From contig JAJDXX010000050.1 of assembly GCA_022823055.1 (NCBI GenBank), positions 1-60,558 of the forward strand: a DNA stretch of 60,558 bases. The letters are read 5' to 3'. How positions within the stretch are numbered: position 1 is the first letter of the stretch; the number at the start of each line of letters is the position of its first letter. The notes beneath the pieces were generated by a model. That model was not told where the DNA came from. It did not search any database and saw only the letters and a list, made by a program, of their open reading frames with translations. The DNA is from Candidatus Binatia bacterium (GTDB lineage Bacteria > Desulfobacterota > Binatia > UBA9968 > JAJDTQ01). Of the stretch, positions 25,804-35,893 are shown piece by piece. The position numbers and the translations under genes were made by a program.

Positions 25804-28026
25804 ATGCGCTGGATACGAACGAATCCGTCCGTCGGCTGGCTCCTCGCGGGATGCGGGGTGCTGGCCGCGGGGGTCGCTCTCTTCCTCCTGCTGTCGGTGG
25901 AAGCCGGTCTCGCGCTATGCCTGGTCGGCGCCGGCGCGCTCGGTTGCGCGGGGGGTCTCACGCGCTCCGCGGTCGCGGACCGGCGGCTCGTCGCGGCGAT
26001 CGAGCAGCATATCGACGAACGGCGCGGGCGCGAGCTGAGAGAAGCGGAGAGGCGCTGGCTCGCCGAGGGCGTCTCGCCCGTGGAGCAGAACTGGCAGGCG
26101 CTCCAGCCGTCACCGGATGCCGAGACCGAAGAGACCCTGGCGGAACTGGACGTGCGGCTCGGAAAACTGATCCAGGCCCGCTGCGACCGCGTCTGGGACG
26201 GCATCCGCGACCGGCGCTACGTGAAGCAGGAGCACGGAGAGATCGGCGGCCTCGACGGGCGCGCCATTCTGGATGAACTCCGCGGCGTGGTGCAGGAAGT
26301 CGCGCGCCTGTACGGGAAGGACGCCGAAAAGGCGGAACTCGATGCGCGCGTCGGCGACGTCGCCCTCGCCGCGCGTTCCGCCATAGCCGAACTCCTGCAA
26401 GTGGCCGGGCAGGCGCCGGTGGTCAACGTGGCCGGTCTGACGGTCAGGGAAATCGTGACGCGGCTGGAACAGGTGCAGACGGTGCGCAACCTCTACCGCA
26501 GGCTGACGCCATACCAGCATTACATACAGGGCGCGACACTGGCCGCGCGCATCGCCATGGGCGTGAACCCCGTCACGTTTGCGGCGTCGACGCTCGGCTG
26601 GGAGGTGTCCAAGCAGGTGGGCAAACACGTCCTCAAGCGCTACGCCGAGGGCTGGATGAAGGAGTTGCTGGAGGGTTCCGTCGCGCTGGTCTACCTGCAT
26701 GTGGCGCGCGCCTACGATCCGCGCCGCACGTACCGGAGCGCTGACTGGCTGGCGCTCGTCGAGGCGCTGCGCATTCACAACCTGGTCCCGGGCGTGGACC
26801 ACAACCGCAAGCTCCTGATGGACCGCATCCTGCGGGCGCCGACCCCGGACGAGTTCGCCAAGCTGACGCTGCTGCGCGCGCGGGCCGGCGACGGCGAACC
26901 GGACGCCAGGCTGACGCCGCCCGACGACCTTGCGTCCCTGCGCCCCGCGCAACGGCAGGCCGTGGCGGCGTGTCTGGGCGGGGTCCTGCGGGACATGCGC
27001 GGTTTGAACGAGCCGCGGGCCAGCGCCGCCATCGAGGAACTGGAGAAACGGCTGTCGATGGGTCTGCAGGTCGATCTGATCGACGCCGGCAGCCGCGAGG
27101 AGATGCGCATCGAGGAGGGGTTCGCGCAACTTGCGATGCTTGCCCGCGACTGGTGCCGGCTCGACATCGACGAAGCGCGGCAGGCCATCAAGGCTAGCCC
27201 GCTGGCCGCGGCCGCGGGCAAGCAGACCGGGGACGCCGGCATGAATCGCGCGCTGTTGGAGAAGGCGCTGTCCATGGCGTTCGACGACTGCGCGTCCGGG
27301 GCGGGCCGCGTGGGAGAAAGCGAACAGCACCTGATCGAGCCCTCGCGCGATCTGGTCGGAGACCCACTGGCCGAGCCGCTGCTCGCGTCCTTCGTCGATC
27401 TGCTGGCGGCGAAGGCCGCGGCGGATTGGCCGCTGGAACACGACCACATGGTGCTGCTCAACGCTTCGGTGCTGCTCCTGGAGACCAGGCAGGTCAACAC
27501 GCTTTGGTCGCGGTACCTGACGGCCGTGGAATCGCGGCTGCGCGGCCGCCTGGAGCACGCGAAGCCGTCAACCGTCCCGACGGGGTCGGCGCCGGCCATC
27601 CTGCGGCAGATCGGCCAGCGGGAACCCGCGCCGCCGCCAGTCATCCTGCAGCAGATCGGCGACCTGGAACCCGCAATGCCGTCGGGGCGAGGCGCCGCCG
27701 CGGCCGCTCGCAACCGGGCCGTTGCCGTGTTCGAAGCGTCGTCCGGCAACTCGCGGGCGCACTGGGTGCTCCTGTGTGCCGACCGCGTCGTCGTGGGGGA
27801 CGTTCCCAAGGAAGCGCTCTCGCTGGACGACGGCGAGCCGGAAACCTGGCCGAGAGGCGAGGTCCGCTTCAGCCGTGAGTCACGTACCTTGGCGGATGCA
27901 CTCGTGATCCATTGCGGCGGCAAGCAGCGTCTGACCGTCGAAGGTTCCGTGACGAGCACGTTTGCCGCGTACTTCGGTCCCATGCTCGAATCGCTGGGCC
28001 TCGACGCTGCCCTCGACAACGCCTGA
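25804..28026 (+). CDS. Large hypothetical protein with two N-terminal TM segments
   Basis: 740-aa ORF with gene-like codon bias filling the gap between identified genes; no family recognised; 15-aa tandem duplication at ~27592-27681. Confidence 0.7.
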   Translation: MRWIRTNPSVGWLLAGCGVLAAGVALFLLLSVEAGLALCLVGAGALGCAGGLTRSAVADRRLVAAIEQHIDERRGRELREAERRWLAEGVSPVEQNWQALQPSPDAETEETLAELDVRLGKLIQARCDRVWDGIRDRRYVKQEHGEIGGLDGRAILDELRGVVQEVARLYGKDAEKAELDARVGDVALAARSAIAELLQVAGQAPVVNVAGLTVREIVTRLEQVQTVRNLYRRLTPYQHYIQGATLAARIAMGVNPVTFAASTLGWEVSKQVGKHVLKRYAEGWMKELLEGSVALVYLHVARAYDPRRTYRSADWLALVEALRIHNLVPGVDHNRKLLMDRILRAPTPDEFAKLTLLRARAGDGEPDARLTPPDDLASLRPAQRQAVAACLGGVLRDMRGLNEPRASAAIEELEKRLSMGLQVDLIDAGSREEMRIEEGFAQLAMLARDWCRLDIDEARQAIKASPLAAAAGKQTGDAGMNRALLEKALSMAFDDCASGAGRVGESEQHLIEPSRDLVGDPLAEPLLASFVDLLAAKAAADWPLEHDHMVLLNASVLLLETRQVNTLWSRYLTAVESRLRGRLEHAKPSTVPTGSAPAILRQIGQREPAPPPVILQQIGDLEPAMPSGRGAAAAARNRAVAVFEASSGNSRAHWVLLCADRVVVGDVPKEALSLDDGEPETWPRGEVRFSRESRTLADALVIHCGGKQRLTVEGSVTSTFAAYFGPMLESLGLDAALDNA

Positions 28027-28155
28027 ACGAAAAGGAGCGGAGGAACCCGGCGGCGACAAGGTCATCTTCTGGAAGCAACTCTGAGGACTGGCACGGTCGA
28101 TTCGGGCGACCGAATGGTTAGAACGGGCACAACGCCCCCTTTGCCGAACCGCGCG

Positions 28156-29622
28156 TCATGCCCGCGGGGTTTCCGTAGCGGCGTAGCGGCCGGCGACGCG
28201 GCCGAAGGCCAGCACCTCGGTGAGGTTGCCGGCGCCGGGGTAGTTCTGGGACCACATGGAGCCCAGCTCGCCGGCGCTGTAAAGGCCCGGGATGGGGCGG
28301 CCCCAGGCGTTCAGCACCTGGGCGCGGGCGTTGCGCCGGGGGCCGCCCTGGGTGTTGAACAGGCTCGGCCACAGGGCGGCGCCGTAGAACGGAGGGCGCT
28401 CCAACGGTCGCAACGTGTCGGGAGATCGTCCGAAGGCTCCATCCCGGCCCTCGGCGCATGCCCGGTTGTATTCGTCCACGGTCCGTTCCAGCGCCGCCGC
28501 GTCCAGGCCGAGATCGGCCGCCAGCGCAGCCGGGGTGTCGCCCCTCTTGATCCAGCCCTTCCCCACCTCGGCGGCGTTGTCGTCGCTCCAGCGGTAGTGC
28601 TCGGCCACGGCGCCCCGGCCGGTGTTCGCCACCGGGCCGGCCGCTCGGGTCTCCTCGTCGAAGATCACGAAGCAGGGGACGCGCGACCGCTCCATGGTCT
28701 CCAGGTCCAGCTCGGTCACCAGCGAACCCTCGGCGTGGGCGTCCATGGCGGTCTCGTCCACGAAGCGGCGTGCCTGCCGGTCCACGTAGATGAAACCGGG
28801 GCCGGGCATGGCGTGGATGACGGCGCCGTCGAAGCCGTCCACGAGGTAGCCGAATCCCGCGGCCACGGCGTTCATGTGCCATAGGGAGGCGCCCACATCC
28901 GCCGCCAGCTGGATGCCGTCGCCGGTGTGGCTGGAGGCGCCCAGGGACCAGTACCGCTGTCCCAGGAACTGGAGTTGCATGTCCGGGCTCCATTCAAAGC
29001 CGCCGCAGGCGAGGATCACAGCCTTGCGCGCCTGGATGACGATCTCCTCGCCGCCCCGGCGCGCAGTCAGCCCGGTGACCGCGCCGTCGCCGTCCCGCAG
29101 CAGCCGCACCGCCGGGCACTCGAACAGCACCGGGATGCAGCGCTCGTCCACGTTCCGGTCCAGAAGCTCCCACAGGTCGCGGCCGTTGGCGGTGGTCTCG
29201 CCCTTGACCCGGAGCCGGGGGCCGACGCCGTCGGCGCCGGGCTGCTCGGGCGAGGCCGCGCCGGTGGGGTAGACGGGATAGCTCGCGGGGGCGGCCTGGA
29301 GCGGGTCCACGGCCACCTCGCCGCCGAGGGACCGCAGCCAAGGCTCGTTGTCGTGGCTCTCGCGCACCAGGGTTTCGATGACGTCCGGGCCGGTGGCACC
29401 GCCGCACAGGAAGGTGATGTGCTCCACGGCGCGCTCCAGCGCGCCGAAGGTGCGCACCGAGCCGGCGGAGAGGCGTGTGTTGCCGCCGCCCGCGGCGGCC
29501 TTCTCCACGATCAGCACCTTGGCGCCGAGGTCGGCGGCGGTGATGGCCGCGGTGGCGCCCGCGCCGCCGTAGCCCACCACGGCCACGTCGGTCTCGCGCG
29601 ACGACACCATGGCCTTGCTCAT
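28156..29622 (-). CDS. FAD-dependent oxidoreductase (fumarate reductase flavoprotein / 3-ketosteroid dehydrogenase / TcuA-like)
   Basis: VVGYGGAG, EK..GGNT, VILACGGFE, TGDG, NTQGGP, IPGLYSAGE, GNL...FGRVAG. Confidence 0.9.
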   Translation of the reverse strand: MSKAMVSSRETDVAVVGYGGAGATAAITAADLGAKVLIVEKAAAGGGNTRLSAGSVRTFGALERAVEHITFLCGGATGPDVIETLVRESHDNEPWLRSLGGEVAVDPLQAAPASYPVYPTGAASPEQPGADGVGPRLRVKGETTANGRDLWELLDRNVDERCIPVLFECPAVRLLRDGDGAVTGLTARRGGEEIVIQARKAVILACGGFEWSPDMQLQFLGQRYWSLGASSHTGDGIQLAADVGASLWHMNAVAAGFGYLVDGFDGAVIHAMPGPGFIYVDRQARRFVDETAMDAHAEGSLVTELDLETMERSRVPCFVIFDEETRAAGPVANTGRGAVAEHYRWSDDNAAEVGKGWIKRGDTPAALAADLGLDAAALERTVDEYNRACAEGRDGAFGRSPDTLRPLERPPFYGAALWPSLFNTQGGPRRNARAQVLNAWGRPIPGLYSAGELGSMWSQNYPGAGNLTEVLAFGRVAGRYAATETPRA

Positions 29623-29771
29623 TGCGGCGTCACCCGCATTGCGGGGTCTTCCTCGTGCCGGCCCGCCCCTCTGCCGCCCCGATCCTCCTCCGGCGTCACC
29701 CGCATTTCGGCGTTACCCCGCCGCGGTGTTGTCCTCATTCCGGCGTCATCCTCCTCCGGCATCACCCTCAT
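29619..29771 (-). CDS. Possible 50-aa repeat peptide translationally coupled at both ends
   Basis: MRVMPEEDDAG-MRTTPRRGNAE-MRVTPEEDRGGRGAGRHEEDPA-MRVTPQ; ATGA overlaps with the nitrilase stop and with the oxidoreductase start. Confidence 0.4.
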   Translation of the reverse strand: MRVMPEEDDAGMRTTPRRGNAEMRVTPEEDRGGRGAGRHEEDPAMRVTPQ

Positions 29772-30817
29772 TCCGGCTTCACCAGGCTTCCTTCCCGCAC
29801 CAGCCGCTCGATGATCTTGCGCGCCTCGGCGCGGGTCTCGACGGTGTCCTGCAGCATGCGGTCGCGCCAGCCGTCGTTGGGCCAGCGCTTGGCCTTGGCG
29901 TAGACCGGCGCGTACATGTCGCTGCGCAGCTCGATGAGGAAGTTCCACACGTGGCCGGAGTCGGCCATGCGCGTGCGCTCCCAGCGCAGGTTGTCGATGT
30001 CCACCATGCCGGTGACCACCGCCTCGCCGGGGGCGTTGGCCGACGCCTGCACGTGGCCCATGTAGTCGATGAGCTGGGTCATGCCGCGGTAGCCGCCGGT
30101 GGGGCGGTTGGAGCCCACGAAGGCGCCGCAGTTGACCGACAGGAAGTAGCACAGGTTCTCGTAGGCGCGGGCGCGCCGGAGCACGTCCCAGGCCTCGCCC
30201 TCGGGGGCGTATGGCTCGGCGGTGGGGTGGATCAGCAACTCGGCGCCGCGCAGCGCCAGGCAGCGGGACATCTCCGGGAACACCACGTCGGTGCAGGTGA
30301 GGCAGCCGAGCCGGCCGATCTCGGTGTCGGCCACCGGGAACATGGAGTCCTCGCCGTAGCGCTCGGTGTACTCGGTGTAGACGTCGCCGGGGCCGGTGTA
30401 GGTAGTGTTGAGGTTGTTGGGTCCGTTGTTCTTCCGGTACTTGAGGATGATCTCGCCGTCCGGGTCGATGATGAAGCTCGTGTTGAACAGGCGCCCGGGC
30501 CAGTCGTCGTCGCGCTCGTAGAGGTTGCCGGCGATGTGGCAGCCCCGTTCCCGCGCCTTGCGCGCGATCTGGTCGGTGACGTCGCCGGGGATGGTCTCGG
30601 CCAGGGCGAGCCACTCGTCCACCGAGCGCGGGCGGTACTGGCCGATGATGCCGTACTCCGAGAACACCGCCAGCTTCACGTCCCCCAGGCGCAGCGCGGT
30701 CCAGTCCAGCAACTCGAAGATGCGCCCGAGGTTCTCGTCAATGATGGCGTTGCGTTCCCTGGGCTCGACGATGACCCGTGTCTGTTGCTGAATCAGTGCG
30801 ACTCGATACGGTCTCAT
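29768..30817 (-). CDS. Nitrilase-superfamily carbon-nitrogen hydrolase
   Basis: Catalytic triad FSEY / YRK / LTCTDVVFPE; FNTSFIIDPDG, RARAYEN. Confidence 0.92.
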   Translation of the reverse strand: MRPYRVALIQQQTRVIVEPRERNAIIDENLGRIFELLDWTALRLGDVKLAVFSEYGIIGQYRPRSVDEWLALAETIPGDVTDQIARKARERGCHIAGNLYERDDDWPGRLFNTSFIIDPDGEIILKYRKNNGPNNLNTTYTGPGDVYTEYTERYGEDSMFPVADTEIGRLGCLTCTDVVFPEMSRCLALRGAELLIHPTAEPYAPEGEAWDVLRRARAYENLCYFLSVNCGAFVGSNRPTGGYRGMTQLIDYMGHVQASANAPGEAVVTGMVDIDNLRWERTRMADSGHVWNFLIELRSDMYAPVYAKAKRWPNDGWRDRMLQDTVETRAEARKIIERLVREGSLVKPE

Positions 30818-30831
30818 GGATCCTCCCTACC

Positions 30832-31341
30832 CCTGGATTCCCGCTTTCCAGGCCGTGTCAAAACCCCACACGAACAGGGAATGGCACGGCCGCCCCGAAT
30901 CGTCATTCCCGCGGAACAGGCTGTGTCAAAACTCATGAGGCAGAACCCCCCGAGCTCATGAGGCAGAAACCCCCGAATCGTCATTCCCGCGAAGGCGGGA
31001 ATCCAGGGGTGGAAGGGTGTGGCGTGCATCGCAGCAGCTCCACTCCACCCCGCCTGGATTCCCGCTTCCGCGGGAATGACGATTCGGGGGGTTGGTGCCA
31101 TTTCGTGTCCGAGCAGAGTTTTGGCACAGCCTGGAAAGCGGGAATCCAGGCGGGGTGGGGCCGGGGCAATGGAGCCGCCACACCACCACCCCTGGATTCC
31201 CGCTTCCGCGGGAATGACGATTCGGTGGTTGGTGCCATTTCGTGTCCGAGCAGAGTTTTGACACAGCCTGCTCTGCGGGAATGACGTTCTGTTACGTAGT
31301 TGCGTGATGAGTTTTGACATCGCCTGTTCCGCGGGAATGAC
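30832..31341. repeat. Compound cluster of the nested palindromic element (copy D) with internal duplications
   Basis: Several GTCATTCCCGC/GCGGGAATGAC units and GTGTCAAAAC/GTTTTG(A/G)CA arms; duplicated GTTGGTGCCATTTCGTGTCCGAGCAGAGTTTTG and CTCATGAGGCAGAA. Confidence 0.92.
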
Positions 31342-31375
31342 GATTCGGAACGTCAGCAAAGTCCTGGCATAAAGT

Positions 31376-32272
31376 CTATCCCCCGGTCACCGTTTCCAGG
31401 AACCACTCCGCCATTTCCTCGCGCTTGGGATACCATACCCCGTCGAAGGATTTCACGTAGTCCACGAACTCGCGCAGGGCACGGATGGCGTAGGCCTGGC
31501 CCATGACGTGGGGGTGCATGCCCACGTTCATGATGCGGCCGCTCTCGGCCCCTTCGAGGTAGAGCTGGTCGAACTGCTCCCTGAACAGCTCCAGCGCCTG
31601 GGAGGTGGTGCGGCCGCCGCGGGAGAACACCGCGAAGTCGTTGACGTCGTTGGAATAGGGGATGCACACCAGCGGGCCGTGGCGCGTGTTGAGGAGATAG
31701 GGCTGGTCGTCGTTCAGGTAGTCCGCCTGGAACAGCAGGCCCAGCTCCTTCAGGATGTGGGGCGTCTCGTGGGTGCTGCGGAGCGACGACGACAGCCAAC
31801 CCCGGGCCGGCCGCCCCACCGTCTCGGCGTAGACGTCCAGGGTGCGTCGGATGATCTCGCGCTCCTTGTCCGGCTGGTAGGCGTAGTAGGTGAGCACGTC
31901 GTTCTGGGCGTAGTTGTGCGCCAGGATCTCCCAGCCGCGCTCGTTGACGGCGTCGATAATGCGCCGGCGCTCAATGCCCGTGAGCGCGTTCATGGTGCAC
32001 GTGGCGGGTACCCCGGCCTTGTCGAACACGTCGATGATGCGCCACACGCCCACGCGCTGGCCGTACTCGCGCCAGGTCCAGTTGGCGTAGTCCGGGACGT
32101 TGCCAGGGATCACGTGGGGAATGGTCGCCGGGCCGCCGGGGTAGAGCGGCTCCTCGCTGTCGCGGGTGATCTCCCAGTACTCGATGTTGATGGTGAAGAT
32201 CAGGGCCACCCGCGCGCCGTCGGGCCAGCGCAGCGGCGGGCGGTCGGGAAGCGGAACGTAGTCGTAGAGCAT
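31376..32272 (-). CDS. Polysaccharide deacetylase / PuuE-like (CE4) hydrolase
   Basis: LRWPDGARVAL, WREYGQRVGVWR, EILAH, RGWLS, NDDQPY, MHPHVMGQ; start MLYDY with RBS AGGAG. Confidence 0.9.
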   Translation of the reverse strand: MLYDYVPLPDRPPLRWPDGARVALIFTINIEYWEITRDSEEPLYPGGPATIPHVIPGNVPDYANWTWREYGQRVGVWRIIDVFDKAGVPATCTMNALTGIERRRIIDAVNERGWEILAHNYAQNDVLTYYAYQPDKEREIIRRTLDVYAETVGRPARGWLSSSLRSTHETPHILKELGLLFQADYLNDDQPYLLNTRHGPLVCIPYSNDVNDFAVFSRGGRTTSQALELFREQFDQLYLEGAESGRIMNVGMHPHVMGQAYAIRALREFVDYVKSFDGVWYPKREEMAEWFLETVTGG

Positions 32273-32390
32273 GGCGGACTCCTTCGGGGGGAGGATCGGG
32301 TCGAAGAAGGGTAGCGTAGCAAATTGGAGGCGGTCAATGTTTGCGCACACCCGGCCACACGTGCACAATGACCGTAGGAGGGGGAAACAC

Positions 32391-32921
32391 ATGCGACGAT
32401 TTCAGACCAAGGCGCGGGCCTTCGCGGTAGCGCTGCTCATGGCCTTCGCGGTCCTGGCGGCGGCCGGGAACGCGGGAGCCTCGCTGGTGGGCAAGCAGGC
32501 GCCGGAGTTCACGAACGACACCTGGATCAACTCCGAGCCCCTCAGGCTCAAGGACCTCAGGGGGAAGGTGGTCCTGATCGAGTTCTGGACCTACGGCTGA
32601 TACAACTGTGTCAACACACTCCCATCGTTGGTGGGATGGCACCAGGAATACGGTCCACGGGGCCTCGTCGTCGTGGGCATCCACTCGCCGGAGTTCTCCC
32701 ACGAGCACTCGCTCGAAAACGTCAAGAACGCCTGCAAGGAGCTGGGGATCAAGTTCCCGGTAGCGCAGGACAACGACTTCGCCACCTGGAAACGCTACGG
32801 GACCCGCTACTGGCCCACCCTTCACATCATCGACAAGAAGGGCGTGATCCAGTACACGCGCTTCGGCGAGGGCGGCTACGACGAGATGGAGGAGATCATC
32901 CAGCGGCTGCTGGACGAATAG
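32391..32921 (+). CDS. Exported thioredoxin-fold redoxin (DipZ/TlpA-like), probable selenoprotein with UxxC active site
   Basis: Signal peptide, [21 protein letters not shown]-[TGA 32598-32600]-[31 protein letters not shown]; the TGA sits at the first Cys of the family FWTYxCxNC motif and the frame continues to TAG 32921. Confidence 0.88.
32620..32636 (+). promoter_or_regulatory. Putative bacterial SECIS hairpin
   Basis: UCCCAUC-GUU-GGUGGGA stem-loop, G-U starting the apical loop 26 nt after the UGA. Confidence 0.6.
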
Positions 32922-32931
32922 CCGCGCTGGC

Positions 32932-33576
<645 letters not shown>

Positions 33577-33769
33577 CGGTTTTCTCCTTTCACCAGGAAT
33601 TGCGCGCGGCGCCAGTCTCCGATCTCTTAACCATGCCACGTTGGGAGGTGGTTGCAAGACGGGAGGCGAGGATCGGATGGAGATGGAATCCTGGCGGAGC
33701 GGAAAGCGGGCTGTACCAAATGCCAGTTTATTTGCGTTTAGTAGCACTATATGCAAATATGCTGCGCAC

Positions 33770-34903
33770 ATGGTACGGCGGAACTACTGGATCGAAACCA
33801 TCGAGTCGCTTTGGCTCGCGAAGTCCGTGGTCTGGCTCGCCGGCGTCCGCAGGGCGGGCAAGACATTCCTTTGCCAATCCTTGTCGGACGTCGAGTATCT
33901 CGACTGCGAGCTTCCGAGCACGCGCCGGGCGTTGGAGGATCCGGAAGGCTTTCTCCGGGACGTGGGGCCTCGTCGGGTGATCCTGGACGAGGTCCACCGC
34001 CTGCCCAATCCGTCCGAGTTCCTGAAGATCGCCGCGGACTACCACCGCGACACCAGGATCATCGCCACGGGGTCCTCCTCGCTGGGAGCGTCTCGAAGAT
34101 TCCGGGACACGCTCACCGATCGAAAGCGCGACCTGTGGCTGTCTCCCATGCTGATGCAGGACGAGCAGGAGTTCGGTGCCCGGGGGCTCGATCACCGTTT
34201 CCAGTTCGGCGGCCTTCCGCCGTTCTACCTGGCCGAGACGGTACCGGAGGACGGCTTTCAGGACTGGATCGATTCCTACTGGGCCAAGGATGTCCAAGAA
34301 CTGTTCCAGGTGGGGCGCCGCTGGTCCTTCATGCGGTTCGTCGAACTGATGTTCGCCCAGAGCGGCGGAATGTTCGAAGCCACACGGTTCGCGGCCGACT
34401 GCGAGGTTGCCCGCACGACCATCGCCAATTATCTGCAAATCCTCGAAGACACGTTGGTCATTCAGGTGATCCGGCCCTACAGCACACGACGCGCCACCGA
34501 GATCGTCGCGGCGCCGAAGGTTTACGGCTTCGACACGGGATTCGTCTGCCTGTTCAAAGGGTGGGAGGGGTTGCGCAACGAGGACCGCGGCGCCCTGTGG
34601 GAACACTACGTCCTGAACGAGTACCTGGGTCGCCGGCAGAAACGGGACCTGCACTACTGGCGCGACAAGCGCGGCCACGAGGTGGACTTCGTCACCCTCA
34701 GACGCGGGAAGCCGATCGCCATCGAATGCAAGTGGCGCGCCGACGGTTTCGATCCGCGCAACCTTCACGCCTTCCGCAAGGCGTATCCCGAGGGAGAGAA
34801 CTTCGTGGTTACCCCCGATGCGGGGCGATCCTACACGCGGCGGGACGGGGACCTCCAGTTCCGGTTCGTGGGCTTGGGTGATCTCATCCGGCGGCTCGTG
34901 TAG
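33770..34903 (+). CDS. AAA_14 ATPase with C-terminal DUF4143 (PD-(D/E)xK-like) domain
   Basis: [48 protein letters not shown]. Confidence 0.92.
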   Translation: MVRRNYWIETIESLWLAKSVVWLAGVRRAGKTFLCQSLSDVEYLDCELPSTRRALEDPEGFLRDVGPRRVILDEVHRLPNPSEFLKIAADYHRDTRIIATGSSSLGASRRFRDTLTDRKRDLWLSPMLMQDEQEFGARGLDHRFQFGGLPPFYLAETVPEDGFQDWIDSYWAKDVQELFQVGRRWSFMRFVELMFAQSGGMFEATRFAADCEVARTTIANYLQILEDTLVIQVIRPYSTRRATEIVAAPKVYGFDTGFVCLFKGWEGLRNEDRGALWEHYVLNEYLGRRQKRDLHYWRDKRGHEVDFVTLRRGKPIAIECKWRADGFDPRNLHAFRKAYPEGENFVVTPDAGRSYTRRDGDLQFRFVGLGDLIRRLV

Positions 34904-34953
34904 CGAGGGCACCGTCGCTTCCGGCCCGCTCCGCGCGGTGCTATCCCCTAGCC

Positions 34954-35844
34954 ATGGAAACCGGCATCGCCTATGCGCTGGCGGCGGCGCTGTTCTGGGG
35001 CATTTCGCCGGTGCTGGTGAAGCGCGGGCTCAGGGACGCCAACGTGAGCGGCGCGGTGTTGCTGCAGCAGGCCGGCTCGGTGCTGACCATGCTGCTGATC
35101 ATCGTCCTGTCGTTCGGCGCGGTGCGGCTGCGGATGCCCTGGACGGCGGCTGGGGTGTTCGTTTCCGTGGGTCTGGTTGGGAGCTTCCTGGGCCGCACTT
35201 TCGTGCTCAAGGGCATCGACGAGATCGGCGCCTCCAAGGCCCAGTCCATCGCCAACTCCGCGCCGCTGCTCACCGCGGTCTATGCCGTCGTGCTGCTGGG
35301 CGAGACCGCCACGCCGTTCATCCTCGTCGGGGTCGTGCTGATCGTGGGGGGACTGCTGCTCATCACGCGCGGCGCGCCGGACGGCGATCCGCGCGGACCC
35401 GTGCCCTACAAGGCCTTTCTCAACCCGCTCCTTTCCATCATATTCTTCGGCTTCGGCCCGATCCTCAAGAAGGTCGCGATCCTCTCCGGCGGAACGCCCA
35501 TTCCCGGCGCGCTGGTGACGCACCTCACCGGCCTGGTGCTGGTGGTCACCTGCGGGCGCCTCCTGCGCATCGACTGGCGGGAGGGAATCCGCATCTCGGC
35601 GAAAGGCTACGCGGTCCTGTTGCTGTCGGGAGTCGCCCAGGGAGTGGGATCGGTGCTCACCTACCTCGCCGTGACCCACGCCCCGGCCATCATCGTCGCG
35701 CCCGTCTGGAACGTGCAGCCGCTGATCACGTTCTCCCTCGCCCGGCTGATCCTGCGCGAAGACGAGACCGTGACCCTCAAGGACGGACTGGCCGCGGCGC
35801 TGGTGGTGGCCGGCGTCTTCTTCCTCTTTCAGGCGCGAGGATAG
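34954..35844 (+). CDS. EamA/DMT-family transporter
   Basis: About 10 TM; AALFWG, IGASKA, LLGE, QPLITF..LILRE. Confidence 0.88.
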   Translation: METGIAYALAAALFWGISPVLVKRGLRDANVSGAVLLQQAGSVLTMLLIIVLSFGAVRLRMPWTAAGVFVSVGLVGSFLGRTFVLKGIDEIGASKAQSIANSAPLLTAVYAVVLLGETATPFILVGVVLIVGGLLLITRGAPDGDPRGPVPYKAFLNPLLSIIFFGFGPILKKVAILSGGTPIPGALVTHLTGLVLVVTCGRLLRIDWREGIRISAKGYAVLLLSGVAQGVGSVLTYLAVTHAPAIIVAPVWNVQPLITFSLARLILREDETVTLKDGLAAALVVAGVFFLFQARG

Positions 35845-35893
35845 TCGTCGATACCCTTGCCGGGCCAGGCCGCGGCGGATACGAACGTCGTAT

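Noticed and set aside
30832-31341. CRISPR array (ATTCCCGCGGAAGCGGGAAT resembles type I-E repeats)
   Set aside because: Units alternate in orientation, spacing is irregular, spacers recur at other loci, copies are scattered intergenically and no cas genes are present.
32628-32921. Separate 97-aa gene, or pseudogene split at TGA 32598
   Set aside because: Better explained as the C-terminal part of one Sec-containing redoxin.
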